Assembly (NCBI GenBank): GCA_003971905.1
Contig: RSEE01000080.1
Coordinates: 248,001-312,000, forward strand
Length of the DNA stretch: 64,000 nucleotides
From: Moniliella sp. 'wahieum'
Taxonomy: Eukaryota
Reading direction: 5' to 3'
The translations under genes and the position numbers were made by a program. The notes below the pieces were generated by a model. The model ran no database searches. It saw only the letters and a list, made by a program, of their open reading frames with translations, and had not been told where the DNA came from. Shown in pieces: positions 25,305 through 39,041 of the stretch. Numbering within the stretch: the first letter of the stretch is position 1; each line of letters begins with the position of its first letter.

Positions 25305-28071
25305 ATGCGCAACGAAATCAAGCAGATCGTCGATCCGCCAGTGACTGAAGGCCGTGTGGGTTCGTATACACTTCTATTGTTTTGCACGATATATTTGTGA
25401 AGGTGTTTTGCTGACCTAGAATCCCATCTGGCTTTCTGCAGGCAACTTGACACCGCAGCACGCGCTTCAATTGCGTCAACTCTGGGCGGCCTACTTTGAC
25501 TGGGTCGCTAATGCGACAGGTTCCGGCACTGCTCAGCCAGTGGCCACGACCGTGTTCTCTAAGGACGGGAAAGCCCCTGTGGGGAATTTGTCCAAGTCGG
25601 ACGCCGATAACGATGCGGCCAAGATCCAGCTGGAGCGCAAGAACCTCGAGGCGCTTGTCCAGACGTATGGCGGAGAAGCAGTCAAGCGATCGCTGTGGGA
25701 GTTCGTTCAAATGGACGACCCTGATGCGATCTTGCTCCGCTTCCTTCGTGCGCGCAAATGGGACAATGCGCGAGCAATGGGTATGTTTGCTGGTTGCCTC
25801 AAATGGCGGCTGGACAATGAAGTGCAAGCCCTCGTGGAAGGTGGCGATCTGGGCAACTCGGCCCGGATTCCCAAGTTTCTCGAACAACAACTTGCCGTCA
25901 AGACGTACGCTATGGGCACCGCCGTCAATGCCGAACCCATCATCTACATTCACGTTGGTCGTCACTTCACCCGAGGTCAGCCTCCCGAAACAATGAACAA
26001 GTTTGTTGTCTTCGTCATCGAAACAGTTCGCACCCTCATGGCCTCACCTGCCGACACAGCCGTGGTCATTTTTTCCTTGCAGAACTTTGGGCTGAGAAAG
26101 TGAGTGCGGTCTCTTTCCTCTTCCCCCATGCGAGAGTATCCATGCCAGGCGCACGAGGCAGTACTAACTGACGGTTCATGGCCCGCGCCCCTCTTCTTCT
26201 TGTGACAGTATGGATTGGCACTGCATCCTGTACATCGTTCACTGCCTTGAGGCCTACTACCCCGAAGTGCTGCGCATTCTCTGTGTCCAAAACGCTCCAT
26301 GGATCTTTTCCGGGATCTGGAAAATCCTATCGCCAATGCTGGACCCCGTGGTCCGCTCCAAAGTCCGCTTCCTCCAGAGTGCCCAGGACATCGAAGACCA
26401 TATTCCCCCCGAGCGCTACATTTCCGAGTTGGGAGGAAAAAACACCAACCCATTCCACTTCACCGTGCCCAAGCCGGACGAAAACGACAAACACAACGAC
26501 ACCATTCGTAAGCCAGGGTTGGTCAAACGGTATCATGACCTGGCCGATGCGTACGAGGACATCACCAAGCGCTGGATCGAGGTCAACGGAACTGAGTGCG
26601 TACATGTTGCCCGGCGCACAACGACGATGATGGCAGTATACTAACGCCTTTGTTGCCTTATTTCGACTCTTTCATCAACTGACAGCCCAGAGGTCGATAA
26701 GCAGCGCGCGTTGCTTTTGCGCAAGTTGCGCGTTGCTTATTTCGACATGGAACCGTACGTTCGCGGTGGCAATCCCTACACGCGCGAAGGGGTGCGGGAC
26801 ACACAGGGTCGCGTTTGTTGGACTTACGTGGTAGACGGTGTCGTACGCAAACACGTGGTCGGAAGAGGGAAGAGTGCATCGGCGCTTCGTCGAGAAATCT
26901 ACGAGATGCAAGTCTTGGGCTTCTCGGCAGAAGACGCGGTGGCCAAAAGTAAGGCCGCCGAGGAAGCTCGGGACTGGACTGCACTGTATGGCGACCCCGT
27001 AATTGCGGCCGAAATTGAGGGCGAGAGCGAAGTGGAGGATATGGATGCTGCGGGAGTTTTGACGGGGGTGAAGATGGACTTTACTTCCCCCTTGTCTGTT
27101 AGGATGCATGGTGATGAGGCTCAAGATGATCCCTTGAAAGGGAACGGTGGGAAGAGCAAGAGCAACCGTCACGGCCGCCACCCTCAACGCAGTAATTCTC
27201 CTCGTCGACACGGAACGAAGGGCACCCATCATCACCATCATAAAATGGGTCATTCCAATTCTTCCCCCTCTCTTGATTCTCCTGCGTCCTTTCGGCGCGA
27301 TACTGCAATCGAAGACGAGGGAAACCATAGCCACAAGTCTCGTGGTTGGCGTTCCTCCCTGCCCAGTCACAAGGGGGGCTTCGAATCCTCAGATACGGCC
27401 CCGACCGAGGTGACTCTTTCTGATGTTCCAACAAGTCCAATCCGGACCAAACATCTTTCTCGTTCCCAACATCATTCGAGCAACAGAAAGGAGACAGATA
27501 TCAAGCCCAACTCCCCGGTTAAAAGCCAACCACAACAGGCAGCTCTCGTCCAGGCAGAGCAGGATGGGTACAACTCCGAAAATGATGTGTTTTATGATGC
27601 AATGGAGCCTACAACCCAGGGCGTGGAAATGACCAAGAAGGATCGCAAGGCCGTTCGTTCTGGTTTTTACGAGGAGGGTGCATATGTCCCCGTCCACTCT
27701 GCGCGAACGCGGAGCGCACACCATCGGGAGAGCCGGCGCAAAGCCGGGTCGCATGAGACCGCGCGCACTAACCCAGGGCGGCCTGCGCCTCGTACTTTGA
27801 TATCTAGCTCGGACGAAGGGATGGAAGCGGGTTGGGGAGCGAGGGGCATCATCGCAATCGTCGCTACTCGCGTCGGTACGTGAAAGCGATCGACACATCT
27901 TCTTCGATCTCTCGCTTTCCAGCCGTGGGCACTGATTATTCCTCTTACTCGTGGTCGGCCGAGGAACCAGAGTCCGCCCACAAGGCTCCGTCGTCTTTAC
28001 GTCGCCGCCTCAGCCGCAGGGGCAGTCTACGTCGGATCACCACCCTGTTCAAGCACGACAAGGGGAACTGA
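25305..28071 (+). CDS. CRAL-TRIO (Sec14/Csr1-like) lipid-transfer protein with a long low-complexity C-terminal tail
   Basis: GNLTPQHALQLRQLW, DDPDAILLRFLRARKWD, FGLRNMDW, CLEAYYPEVL..NAPWIFSGIWKILSPMLDPVVRSKVRF, DMEPYVRG; introns 25360-25441, 26100-26208 and one ending at 26685; 3' end approximate. Confidence 0.88.
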
Positions 28072-29006
28072 TGGCCGGCATGAGTGCTTATTATTTCGTC
28101 TCGATCCGCCCTGACGGTCTCTATACCGTACTTTCGCATCCTTGATGATGTGTGCGACAGCCTCACCAGATTTTCCTCCGTTTCGTCAGGCTGGCAAGAC
28201 AATCCAACACCTTCCTTCGATGTATGGGCCATTCTCTCTTTTGTTATCTCTCACGTCCATTTTCGAAGGCTTATTGGGTGCTTCGCGATACCCCTCCTCT
28301 CTCTTACCCCTCCTTATTATCTCTCTTCCCGTTGGACCTGCGATATCTCCGAGATCTCCTCCTTCCTTTGTGACCGAGAGTCTCCACATTTGTTGACGAA
28401 TACGCTGACGCGCTCCCTACTAGTGTATATGACGAAGTGAAAGGATGGTTATTTGACAGAGTCATTGTGGTGATGAGATGGCATCATTGGATCGCATCCT
28501 TTTACATACGATTTTTCGTATTACGAAGTCCCCCCGGGAAGAGCATTCCGTTCAATCACTCATCGTTCTTTCGGCCAGAGAACGAGGCAAGGGATCCTCC
28601 TGTCCTGCTGGGAACAGCAATGCTGCGTTCCTGAGCTGTTTCTGATCTGACAGCTGACAGAACCATAAGAAATGCGAGATGCGAGCGAGTCTAGTCAGCG
28701 TTTGCATGATGATAGAGGGCACCTGCATGTTTGCAGCATTTGTCCTGTTTTTTGGAATAGCCTATGACCATATGACTCAGTGCTTGCAATTCATCTCTCC
28801 AGTAAATGTCAGATTTCGATACGGGAGTGATAACAAACATGCTGCAGTGATCATCATCAACATGATGGAGATAGTCCCACCAACAGCAGGAAGAGTGGAT
28901 GTGATGAGGCGAATATGATGGTAGTGATGATAGCAGTGAAGGTATGAGGAGGCGGTCCGCCCTTCAGGAGTCCAGCGAGGGAAGGATAGCATGAGGCAGG
29001 AGCGCA

Positions 29007-32000
29007 TCAAAGTGAGGGCAGCAGAAACACCCTTCCTCTCTTCCTTGGCCAGTAGAAGAAGACTCTTCCTCCGCCAAGCGACCACACTTGGCGGCACAAA
29101 TGTCCATTAAGTAACGGACAAAGGGCATCCAGTGCCAATCCAACACAATCACCCCCGCTACAAGGGGGGCGGCTGCCGAACCAGGGAAGAGAGCAGCGCC
29201 AGGGCACAACTCCTTCATGACCTCTTCTCGTGCTAGCTTCGTGGCTAGAATCTCCTCTTGCGCCGCTACCCATCCGGTAGGAACGTCAGGGCGGGATCCC
29301 GCGCGCGTCGCGCCCTGTAGCCGGACAGGCGATTTTTTTACGGGAGATAGTCGCCTCGTTGCCCGGCTGGCTGGGGTGATACGTGCAAAGGTCCTGAGCC
29401 ACTGCAGGCTCGGCGGCCAAACGGGCTTGATGGACAAATACAATACCTTTGCGGTACGGTGCAGATGGTGACTTGGGCACCACATCATGAGGTCGAGTTG
29501 TTCGGTGCGGGAGCGTGTCCAGCAAGGCAGGGGGGTAGACCCGTCCCCATACACCTCCTAACACTTGAAGAAGGCAGTCCAATGCAAGCACCGATTGAGA
29601 AGGAAGGAACACTTGCTCAAAGGTAGAAATAGCGAGAGATATATGGCTGGATTGGATAAGGAAGGGTCACTTGGGGTGTTGGCAAGTCCAAGGTCCGAAG
29701 AGGGGGGGGACAAGTGCGGTATAAAGCAATGCACCAGTGACTCCGACAGACGGGGAGAAGAACGGCATAATCTTCGTCCTTTGTGCAGTGGGTACTCCAG
29801 AAGCGGGGATAGGTGATGGTGCAGGACTGGGTTGCGGCTCAGATGGGGAGATCCGAAGGAAAGCACGGGGGTAGGTGGTTCGCCATCGCACGGCGCTTTC
29901 GACTCGGCGGAGGACGAGCTCGGGGATAATACAGTGATGGGTGTGGATCGCAACGGCACCCGAACTGGAGAGGATGACAGATGACGACGGTGGAGGCGGG
30001 GGTTCTCGACTGCCACTGGTTCGAGAGGAGATGGCGTTGCAGCTTGGGAGAGACGTTGCTCGCAGGGCGAGCGAAGCCGGACACGCCGCTGCAACCCCGG
30101 CGTAGAAATAGATGAGAGTCGGGCGCGACCGCTCCACATGCGCGGAGCAGCCCACCCAGGGGAGCGACGAACTGTCCCCAAGCGGGCAAACCGGTCCAAC
30201 AAAGCCCGCCGTCGAGCCAGATTACGCTTCTTTCCATCTTGCGCTCCTGGACCAACATCCCCTGCAATTCCCTACCGGGGTGGGGAGCAATCCCCGACCG
30301 GGCAATTGCATTGGGACCTAATGAGGGTCCCTCCTCCGCGGTAAGTATGGTTCCAGACGCATTTGGGTGCTTCCTTTTGGTCCTTGCAAGTGGGGGATTG
30401 GGTACCTGGATAGGCGAAAGTGCTTGAGGGAACCGGCGAGAAGGTCGGGTTGTGTCTCCGGGGGCGGGGCGGCAGGTTGCTCCAGAGAAGGGGCGGCAGG
30501 TTGCTCCAGAAGGGGCGACACAGGGCAGCCGTTTGCGCTTTGCGGGGAGTGGCGATGCCTCGACACAATCCGATGGCGCGGGGACAGGCTGGGGAGCGGG
30601 GGAAAGGGGAGCGGGATCATCGGCATGCGTGCATACGACCGACGGCATGGGCACATCGTGTGCGGGGGGCGGGGCATGCGCTTCCACCATTTGAGCTCCC
30701 TTGCCAGCGCGGTTCCGCACCTCTTGGGTCCGCTCCGCCGCCCGCTGAGCCAAGGTAGCGTGCGAAAGACGGATCTCGCCATTTGCTTCCCGCCCGAGCG
30801 CCCGCAGCGCTTGGTGGTGGGGAGCATGTATCGCTGCTTCCAGACTTGCTTGCATTTTGGCCATCACCACCCGGTCCACCTGCTGCAGCAGCCGCTTATG
30901 CTCAGCCGCGGTTAGGATAGCAGGAGGTAGTCGTGCCGGGTTCAAAGATGGCCTCCGCCTCGGACACTGGCCATCATGTGTTCCCCCCAGCGCATCCACG
31001 CCCCGCTGGGCTTCCGATTGACGGCTCGCCGCGAGAAAGTCCTTGCCCATGACATTGATCTCGGTCATCTCCATCGCATCCTCCCACGCCTTGTCCCCCG
31101 ACAGATAATGGATGCGGGCAATGCGAGGCCACCGAAGCGCCCAGCGGCGAGTAGGCGCCTGGTCAGCAGACAGCCCAGCTGCGTTGGCCGCAACTTGAAC
31201 CTTCTGAAACCCTGCGCCGAAAACTTCGATCAAGAGGGGCGTGCACAGCAGCACCTCAGGCCGTACATAGCCAGTGTCAAAGACCAAGCAGTAGTTCAAG
31301 CCGTCGACGATGGAGTCGGACGAAGGCGAAGACGGCGAGGAGGCAGGGCTGGCGTCACTGGGTCTGGTCTCCCGCGCACAGGTGGAGATGGGCAGGGACC
31401 AGGGATGCTGGCCAGTTCCCCAGATCGGATCCGGTTAGTAAATTGGACCCAATCGGTAGCTCCCAGCCCCCACATGCACGAGAACCAGCATCGGACTGTT
31501 AGCTGATCGGAGACGGCCGAGGAGGAAGGTTCCTGGAGGGACGTAGGCCGACGGCGGCGCAGCGCCCCGAGGTGCAGATTGACCAACGTGTCGGGGGGCA
31601 GGCCGAGCGGCGGCACGCTTTGCGTCCGGGGAGGCGCCAATCACCAAAAGATCCAACGAGTCGCCCAAGCCAGTATAATCCGCCTTGAGCTTGACCCATG
31701 CGCCCGGATATGGCTGGAGCGCCCGAGGGACGGAAGCTGCGTCAGCTACACGCCAATGTCTGGGCCATCCGGGCAGGTTTCTGGGGACCTGGCCTGTTCC
31801 AAGCCCTGCGCAGACAGCCTCTGAAGCACAGAGCTGGGCCTGCAGACGAAGATATGTCCAGATCTCGAGCCATGAGCAAGGTCACCGGAGAGATAGGGCG
31901 CGTCCATTGATTTGACTACCAACCCTTCGTCCCTCCGAGCCAGGGCTTGCGAGAAGATGTCCTCTAGGGCATCGATCCCCTCCTGCGGGACGAGCATAGG

Positions 32001-34256
32001 AGGAGGGGCCAGCGAAAGGCCCAAAGCAGGGTTGGATCCGGCAGGATGTGGGGGGTACGCTGGTTGCAGAACCGCTGCTGCGGCCAGCTCACGAGCGATG
32101 GCAGGAACACTTCCATCGGCACCGGCAATGAAAGTGGGCAGTGCCAAACGGCCCTCGCTGGGCGAAGAGTTCGGACTCGAGGCACAAGCGACGGACTGCT
32201 CACCGGTTTGGAGGTCAAGGAAGATAGCAACCCATCATTGCGTGCGCAGGAATGGGGCGAACTAACTTGGAGAGCAACGCTCTCCGCGCTCGGTACGGCG
32301 CAGAAACAAGGCTCACGCCATCCAGCCAAAGCAGATCAAAGAACACCACCGCCAAGTGGAGGGGTCCAATCGATGTTGAATTCGATAGGGTGGTCGATTG
32401 CGTTGCTGCTTGGGTCTGGTCATGGGCTTCAGAGCGAGTGGAGTGTGCGTGGTGGGCCTGGGGTGGTGGTGGTACCCACGGGGGTAGGAACGGGCCGGCA
32501 GGGTGGTTTGCCAGCCGTGCTACGAGCTCGGTTCGAGGGTCTGCAATGTTAGAACCCATGATGGTGTCATCCGCAATGTCAGCTTCCAGCTGGGCAACCA
32601 AGTCCGGTGGAGCAGTACTCGGGGGTGGGCACTGGCGCGGGGGGTCAGAGGGGCCGGCAGCCCTGCCAGGTGCGTTCGTCGTCTTTGGCCCCACCTTCCG
32701 GTAGAGCCACGTCCACGGACCACCCAAGGAGGCTTTGATGTGCTCCAGGGTATAAAAGGCGCGATGCATCCAGCCCCGGCATCCCATGGGACCATCTCAG
32801 CCTCGACATGATTTCGTCCTCTATCGAGACCTCTTGGCCCAAGGGCTTCCCGACATGGCGCGCTTTGCAAGAGAAGCGGCTTCTTCCACGCGATGGATGC
32901 TATCGGCAATGTTGGCAGGGTAACGCTTGGTAGATCTGGTACCTCTAGTTGCGCGAAAGGCAGTTGTGGAGGAGGCGGGATCCAGTCCCAGACCACCCAA
33001 AATGGCGGCGTGGACACAAGCTCGTTCGTATGTCGAGTCTCGGGTAGATTTGGAAAAGATGCGTACATCCCAGCCGCTTGGACCGTCTCCATCGCGAGTT
33101 CGGCGAATATGGATCTGCATTCGTTCTCCATCGTACTTTGTCTCCACTGCAACGGGAGTCGGTCCAAACACTCTGGCAGTCTCTGCCACTGAGGTGCCCT
33201 TGAGCGACTTGGGGAACTGCAGTCACATGACGTCAGTACGACACACCTTATGGAAGCAGGGACGATACAACCTACCTCCTCAATTTGAACCCCGACCCGA
33301 GAGCAGGCGAGCTCAGCAACAGACCGACCTTGCTCCACAGCACTGCATGCCAGACGCAAATCGGCACACTGCGAAAACACTTCCGGCAGGCGGGGATGCC
33401 AAGCGGCCATGGCCGCAGCGAAATGGGGGCCACGGGATCTGGATGAAATACGGCGGTTCCTAGGTTTGAAGCCAGACACGATGGGGGAGAACGTGCAAGC
33501 GCAGAAATGTTGGATAGCCCTAGGCCATAGACCAATTGCGGCTCTCGGCATATGAGCACTTGGACCACCAGCCCGTCTCGATGGGATCCAGGCCACGTAG
33601 TAGGCGGATTATGAGCTGGAGGCGCCGATCCCGTACCTCACGAGGAGTGGTGGTGGGTCGCGCAGAACGCGTCAGAGTCGGGGTGGGAAGGGAGGTCGAC
33701 CAGCTGCACAAGGATGCGAGTTGGTCAAGTAGTTCGTCGGCTTCTACAACGGATGGACCAAGAAAGGATTCAGGCCGCCCAGGGCTGCGGGCCCGACCGG
33801 TGCGCGACAAGACGCGAGCGAGACAGATCCCAATGCCGGCGCGATCGCATGCAGTGCCATCCCCATCGTCAAGAAAGGTGATTGGGCTGGCAAGTTGCTC
33901 CAACTCATCCGGCAGCAGATCAAGGGCATCCGCCAACAGCTTGCACAAAACGTTGGTGCTCATTCCATAGCGACGGCCCCGTCTTCAGAGGGAAATAGGA
34001 GACGCAGAAACGCAGCACCCGTGCCGGGGTCTGCGCATGCAGGGCCAGGGCCATATCCTGAGGGCCATGAGGCGATCCACTCGCGAACAGCGGCCTCTGG
34101 AGATGGACGCTGGACTTGCTGTGCGCTGGCGCCGGCGCGGATGGGCTCAGCAGAGGCACAGGTCGCGAGGGTGACGAGGAGGCGTGCGAACAGGAGCAGG
34201 CTGACGGGGCGAGTTGCGCTGGGGCTGGGGCTGGCCGGGTCTGATGACGGCGCCAT
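29007..34256 (-). CDS. ATP-dependent DNA ligase (fungal Lig4-like family)
   Basis: Motif I VETKYDGERMQIH, IFSKSTRDST, VVFFDLLWLDG, DEGLVVK, WIKLKADY (~31670-31710), OB-fold EVFGAGF..WALRWPRI; 3' end beyond ~30,900 uncertain; frameshifted. Confidence 0.85.
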
Positions 34257-34270
34257 GAAGCATGGCACGT

Positions 34271-34425
34271 GAAGAGGAGGATGAGGAAGAGGAGGAGGGG
34301 GAGGAGGGGGAGGAGAAGGAGGAGGAAAGGAAGAGGAAGAGGAAGGAAGAGGAAGAGGAGGAAGAGGAAGGAAGAGGAAGAGGAAGAGGAGGAAGAGGAG
34401 AGGAGGAAGAGGAAGAGGAAGAGGC
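34271..34425. repeat. ~155-bp almost pure homopurine tract, largely (GAGGAA)n
   Basis: Read directly; lies between the divergent ligase and ELP5 starts. Confidence 0.9.
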
Positions 34426-34616
34426 AGATCCGGATGTGTGATCGATAATGCTCGCGCGCTGGAATCCCATTCGACAAAGTTGGACACGAGGTCGCCCCTT
34501 TCACATTTCAAACTTCAAGCTTTCGCCTGCTATCCGCACTGGCATGGCTTTTTTGTCGGTTCAATCCATCCCGGCTGGTCCACTTCCCCCCTCTGTCCTG
34601 GCCTCCACCATCAACC

Positions 34617-36111
34617 ATGTCCATTGTCCAGTCGCTCCTGGCGCCACCCTCGCTGGATGTGCACTTGGCTTCCCCTTCCCCAGCCAGGAGGAGAGACGCC
34701 TCGTCTCGCTCCGGCCTCCGGCCTCCTGCAGCGGGTGCGGCCCCCCCTCTATCTCCTTCTCGACAGCCCCATCCAATCGAGCGTGCCCGTGCTGCGGTCT
34801 GTCTGCTCAACGGATGAACCCGTCGTGCTCGTCTCTTTCGCGCGCGACCCCGCCCTTTATTTTTCGTCTTACCAGCCGCATGTCCATCACACTATTTTCT
34901 CTCCACTCTGGGGCAATCCGTACCACCCTCCTTCCGCCTTGCCTGGTCCTCGGAACCTCAATGAGCTGTTGGATCAGATCCGGACGGGACTGGAACGTGT
35001 TCGCCAAGCCAGGCCTGGGGCCAGGACAACCATTGTGTTCGATACGCTTCACCCCATCCTTGATTCCCCAGATCAGGGCATTCGTAGCGCCGTCCGGCTC
35101 GTGCGAGACGTCCTGGCTCTTCTGCAGACACCCACGATCAACCCCCTGACCAACGCACCCCAGGCATGCCAAGGAAGGCTTGTCCTAGCTCTGACACCCC
35201 GACTCCGACTTCAGTCCCCGCACCTCCAACTTTGTTGCAGCCATCCAGTCGCCGTCACTATGGGCAAGCTCCTCTGCTTTCTGATCTGGGCTCCGATCTT
35301 TCCAAGCCAGGATCGGCAGCACATGGGGGCACAGTTTCCATTTCGTACCTTCTCCCCGCTCGGTTTGCCCAGGTGATCCAAGAGGACTATGCTCAGCGTC
35401 TGCCGCTCACCCCTGCCTCAGCTTTTCCCCAACGCAACCAAGGGACAGAGGAGACTGCCAAGAGCTCCGATCCGCGCGTCTGGCCTCTGCTCAGCGCCTT
35501 GACGTCGCGAGGGATTTTGGGCCGGCCCAGCCAGCCCGGATGGTGGACTTCGTTACCGTCTCAAACAAGACCTACAATCGAATCTGTTTGCCCCTTGCCC
35601 CGTTCCCAGGCTTCTTCCGACTCGGGTGTACATCGACCCCACGTCACTGCGCTACTGATCTCATTCTCGCGGTCCCCCCAGGGCAAAGCGGACGAAGAGG
35701 TGGTTGGGATTGCCATGTCACCCATGGGGCTGGGAGCAAGCAGAGACGGTTTAACCATTGTCCCCTGACCGACGAGGTGGTGGATGAACTGCAGCCACCA
35801 CGGACGGGTGCTGCGCCGGCTCTGACTACCGGGCCCGTGTGCTGTGGGGGTGGATCGGGGTCGACGGCGCAAGGGGCTGATGCCCATGCTGCTTTGCTTG
35901 CCGATCTTCCTTTCAACTTGACCGAGACGTCGTCCCAGAGGGATCAGCGCTCGCAGGTTGTGCTGCCGCACCATGCGGCTCAGCAGCTGGCCAGCAAGCT
36001 ATGGGCTCGGCCCAGCCGCCAGTCCCGGGTCGCGGAGCGATCGTCTTCCATCCCGAGGCGGTGGACGACGCTGATGAGGAGGAGCTGGATGAGGAGGACG
36101 AAGAAATTTGA
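34617..36111 (+). CDS. ELP5: Elongator complex subunit Elp5 (Iki1)-like
   Basis: LLLDSPIQSSVPVL near the N-terminus; C-terminal DLPFNLTETSSQRDQRSQVVLPH..GAIVFHPEAVDDADEEELDEEDEEI*, typical of fungal Elp5; frameshifted. Confidence 0.7.
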
Positions 36112-36511
36112 GGCGTGCATAACATGCATCCTTCAGCTTTAGGATGCATCAACACATTCATTAGCCAGTGTAGTTACTGCCTGTTGCATGTTACAGCCCT
36201 CTGCCTGTGGGAGAAGGGCGCTGTAATTGGATCCCTTGCCAGGATCACCCGATGGGGGTAGTAGTTTAAATGACACTTCGGCTGGCCAATTGTTGCAACC
36301 GATGCGGACCAGCAGCCCGAGTGGATACTAGGGTTGGCGCAATCAATTTTTAAGGCCCTTACTCGCACGGCACCACTGTCTCGCGAAGCAGAAGGATGAT
36401 AGGGTTACTGCTTACGCGCTTTTTCGTGGTGCGTTCGCTGCTGGGAGCAGGCAGCGGGAAGGCCAGGCGGGCTTTCTGTTGGCATCCCACCACGGTCACA
36501 AGACCTTCTCA

Positions 36512-36706
36512 GTAAGTCTTTCTCTTGCTCTACTGGGCGTGGCTACTACTGCACTGGCGCTCTTGCTCCATTCGGTGGGACGCATGCTTCCCCCCGTTTT
36601 TTTTCGGGGAGGGAGTATGCTCTCTCGATGGCAACGTTTTGGGTGGGACGTTCTGGAGCCAGGCATGAGGACCGCCAATGCTGACATTCGGCTCTGTTCC
36701 TTGCAG
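36512..36706 (+). other. 5'-UTR intron of RPL4
   Basis: GTAAGT donor at 36512, GCTGAC branch site at 36680, pyrimidine-rich TTGCAG acceptor ending 36706, 11 nt before the ATG. Confidence 0.75.
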
Positions 36707-36717
36707 AGAACATTACA

Positions 36718-37839
36718 ATGGCCTCGCGTGCGACTGTCAGTGTGCGCGCTGCCGATGGCAGCGCTAGCGGTGCGAGCCTGCCTCTGCCCGCTGTCCTTAC
36801 TGCCCCGATCCGTTCGGACGTGGTGCAGATTACCTACACCCAGGTGGCCAAGAACAAGCGCCAGCCGTACGCTGTTTCCACCAAGGCTGGCCACCAGACG
36901 TCGGCTGAGTCGTGGGGCACTGGCCGCGCCCTTGCTCGTATTCCCCGTGTGGGCGGGTCGGGCACTCACCGTGCCGGCCAGGCTGCGTTCGGTAACATGG
37001 CCCGTGGCGGTCACATGTTTGCCCCCACCAAGGTGTGGCGCCGCTGGTGGGTGAAGACCAACCAGAACCAGAAGCGTGTTGCGACTGCCTCGGCCCTGGC
37101 TGCCACCGCTGGTCCCTTCGCTTGTCCTGGCCCGTGGCCACCGTGGAGCAGGTCGCTGAGGTGCCCCTCGTTGTTCCCACCGAGGTCGAGTCGTACTCGA
37201 AGACCAAGGAGGCTGTTGCTCTCCTCAAGGCCTTGAACGCCTACGACGATGTGCTGAAGGTGTCCAACTCGCGCAAGATCCGCGCGGGTCAGGGCAAGCT
37301 GCGCAACCGTCGCCACGTGCAGCGCCGTGGCCCCCTGGTTGTCTACAACGAGGACAAGGGCATCTACCGCGCCTTCCGCAACCTGCCCGGTGTGGAGCTC
37401 GTGTCGGTTCACCGCCTTAACCTCCTCCAGCTCGCGCCCGGTGGTCACCTCGGCCGCTTTGTGATCTGGACCGAGGCTGCGTTCAAGCAGCTCGACTCGA
37501 TCTTTGGCACGTACGATGCCGCCTCGGCCCAGAAGAAGGGCTTTGTCCTTCCCCGGGCCAAGATTACCAACACGGACGTTTCGCGTCTGCTGGATCGGAG
37601 GAGATCCAGGCCGTGCCCCCCGGGCGGGCCCCAAGGCGACCAAGCGCCCCTTCACCCAAAAGAAGAACCCGCTGCGCAACAAGTTTGTCATGGACCGCCT
37701 CAACCCGTACGCCAAGGTCCAGCGCAAGATCGAGGCCGAGATCCGCGCCGCCAAGGCGGCCGGCACCTACAAGCCTGCTGCCAAGCCCGCCAAGCTCGCG
37801 CTCAACCCCAAGTTCCTCGAGTTCCTCCACGCTCCGTAA
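36718..37839 (+). CDS. RPL4: 60S ribosomal protein L4 (uL4)
   Basis: [102 protein letters not shown]; frameshifts. Confidence 0.97.
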
Positions 37840-38297
37840 GCGACTTGAACCGTCTGAGCGTAGCTCTCTGGTCTTGGTTGACGCGACCTGGCAGGGGTGT
37901 CATCTGCCGTATGGGACGAGCGACAGATGCTTCCTGTTTTGCCAGTCGACATGGCGCCAACTTTGTGCCATCTCATGCCCCTGCGCCCTCTTGAGGGCTG
38001 AAAAGTATAGCTGCGCATTGAGCAGCTTGAGCGCTCTGTCCCGTGTCTTCCCCCCTCTCCCCACCCTAAGTTCATGCTTCAAGCCTCATGCTCGCTAGGG
38101 AAAAATGCACCACACGCTGTGCGTCGCCTCATATTTGTTGGTTTGTCGGTAGAAGGAGATCGATGGGTAGAAACGGATGGTCTGTGGGCAGTCCCTTGTA
38201 TACGCTGCGGTCGTTTTTACTTCGGTGAAAATGGATGCTGGGCCTGGGCCCTGGTTGGCTCACTAGCTATATTTTGGAGGTCATACGCTGCCAACAC

Positions 38298-38382
38298 GCC
38301 TCGCTATTTCAATCGGTAGAATTTGAGACTCTTACTGCAGAGATCCATCTCACGGTTGTGGGTTCGAGTCCCACGTGGGGCG
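38298..38382 (+). tRNA. tRNA-Lys(CTT), second copy, 12-nt intron
   Basis: Exons identical to 10269-10353; intron CTGCAGAGATCC differs; T-run terminator follows. Confidence 0.92.
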
Positions 38383-39041
38383 TCTTTTTGGCTAGTGTTA
38401 GTTTGGCCTGCCGCTGAGCTATTGAAGGACACTTCAATTTGCCGTCTAGGGCTGGGACAAGAAGTACTGAAGTACTGAACGTACTGAACATGCTCCGACT
38501 GCGCATCCTTTTGTCCCAGCACGCTGATACTGGCGGCGGGCGCCACCCGAGCGTCTTGGCTGCCGCCGTGCCAGGATCAACAGCGGGGCACACTGTGGCC
38601 CGTGCCTGCCCCCTCTCGGCGCACACACCACCAGTCGCTCTGGGCGGCGGCCCTGCGCGCTGCTGCCTGAGGAGCTCAGCCGGCGCCGGTTGCTCTGGCG
38701 GCTCGGGGCGTGTTCTTGGCTGCTCCTCGCCGCCTGGCCTCTGCGTCGGTCGATCATCCATCAGCGACATGTCGCTCGTCGACGTCGTTGCGAGACTCGC
38801 CTGGGCTATGCGCGCCTTCGCATCTCCTCCCTGCCGCCTTTTCCCTCCTCTCATCTGTCCATCTCTTCGCACCTCCCTTCGTTTCGCCCATCAGCAATCT
38901 CCACGTCCTGAGGAGTATATTCTTTTGTGACGCACGCCCATCCACACGCTCTTTCCGACCATCTCCTCCCTCTCCTGTATCCCCCCCACGCCTCACCACA
39001 GCAGATCCCACTTGCCCTCCCTGCCACTCCAACAGTAGCAT

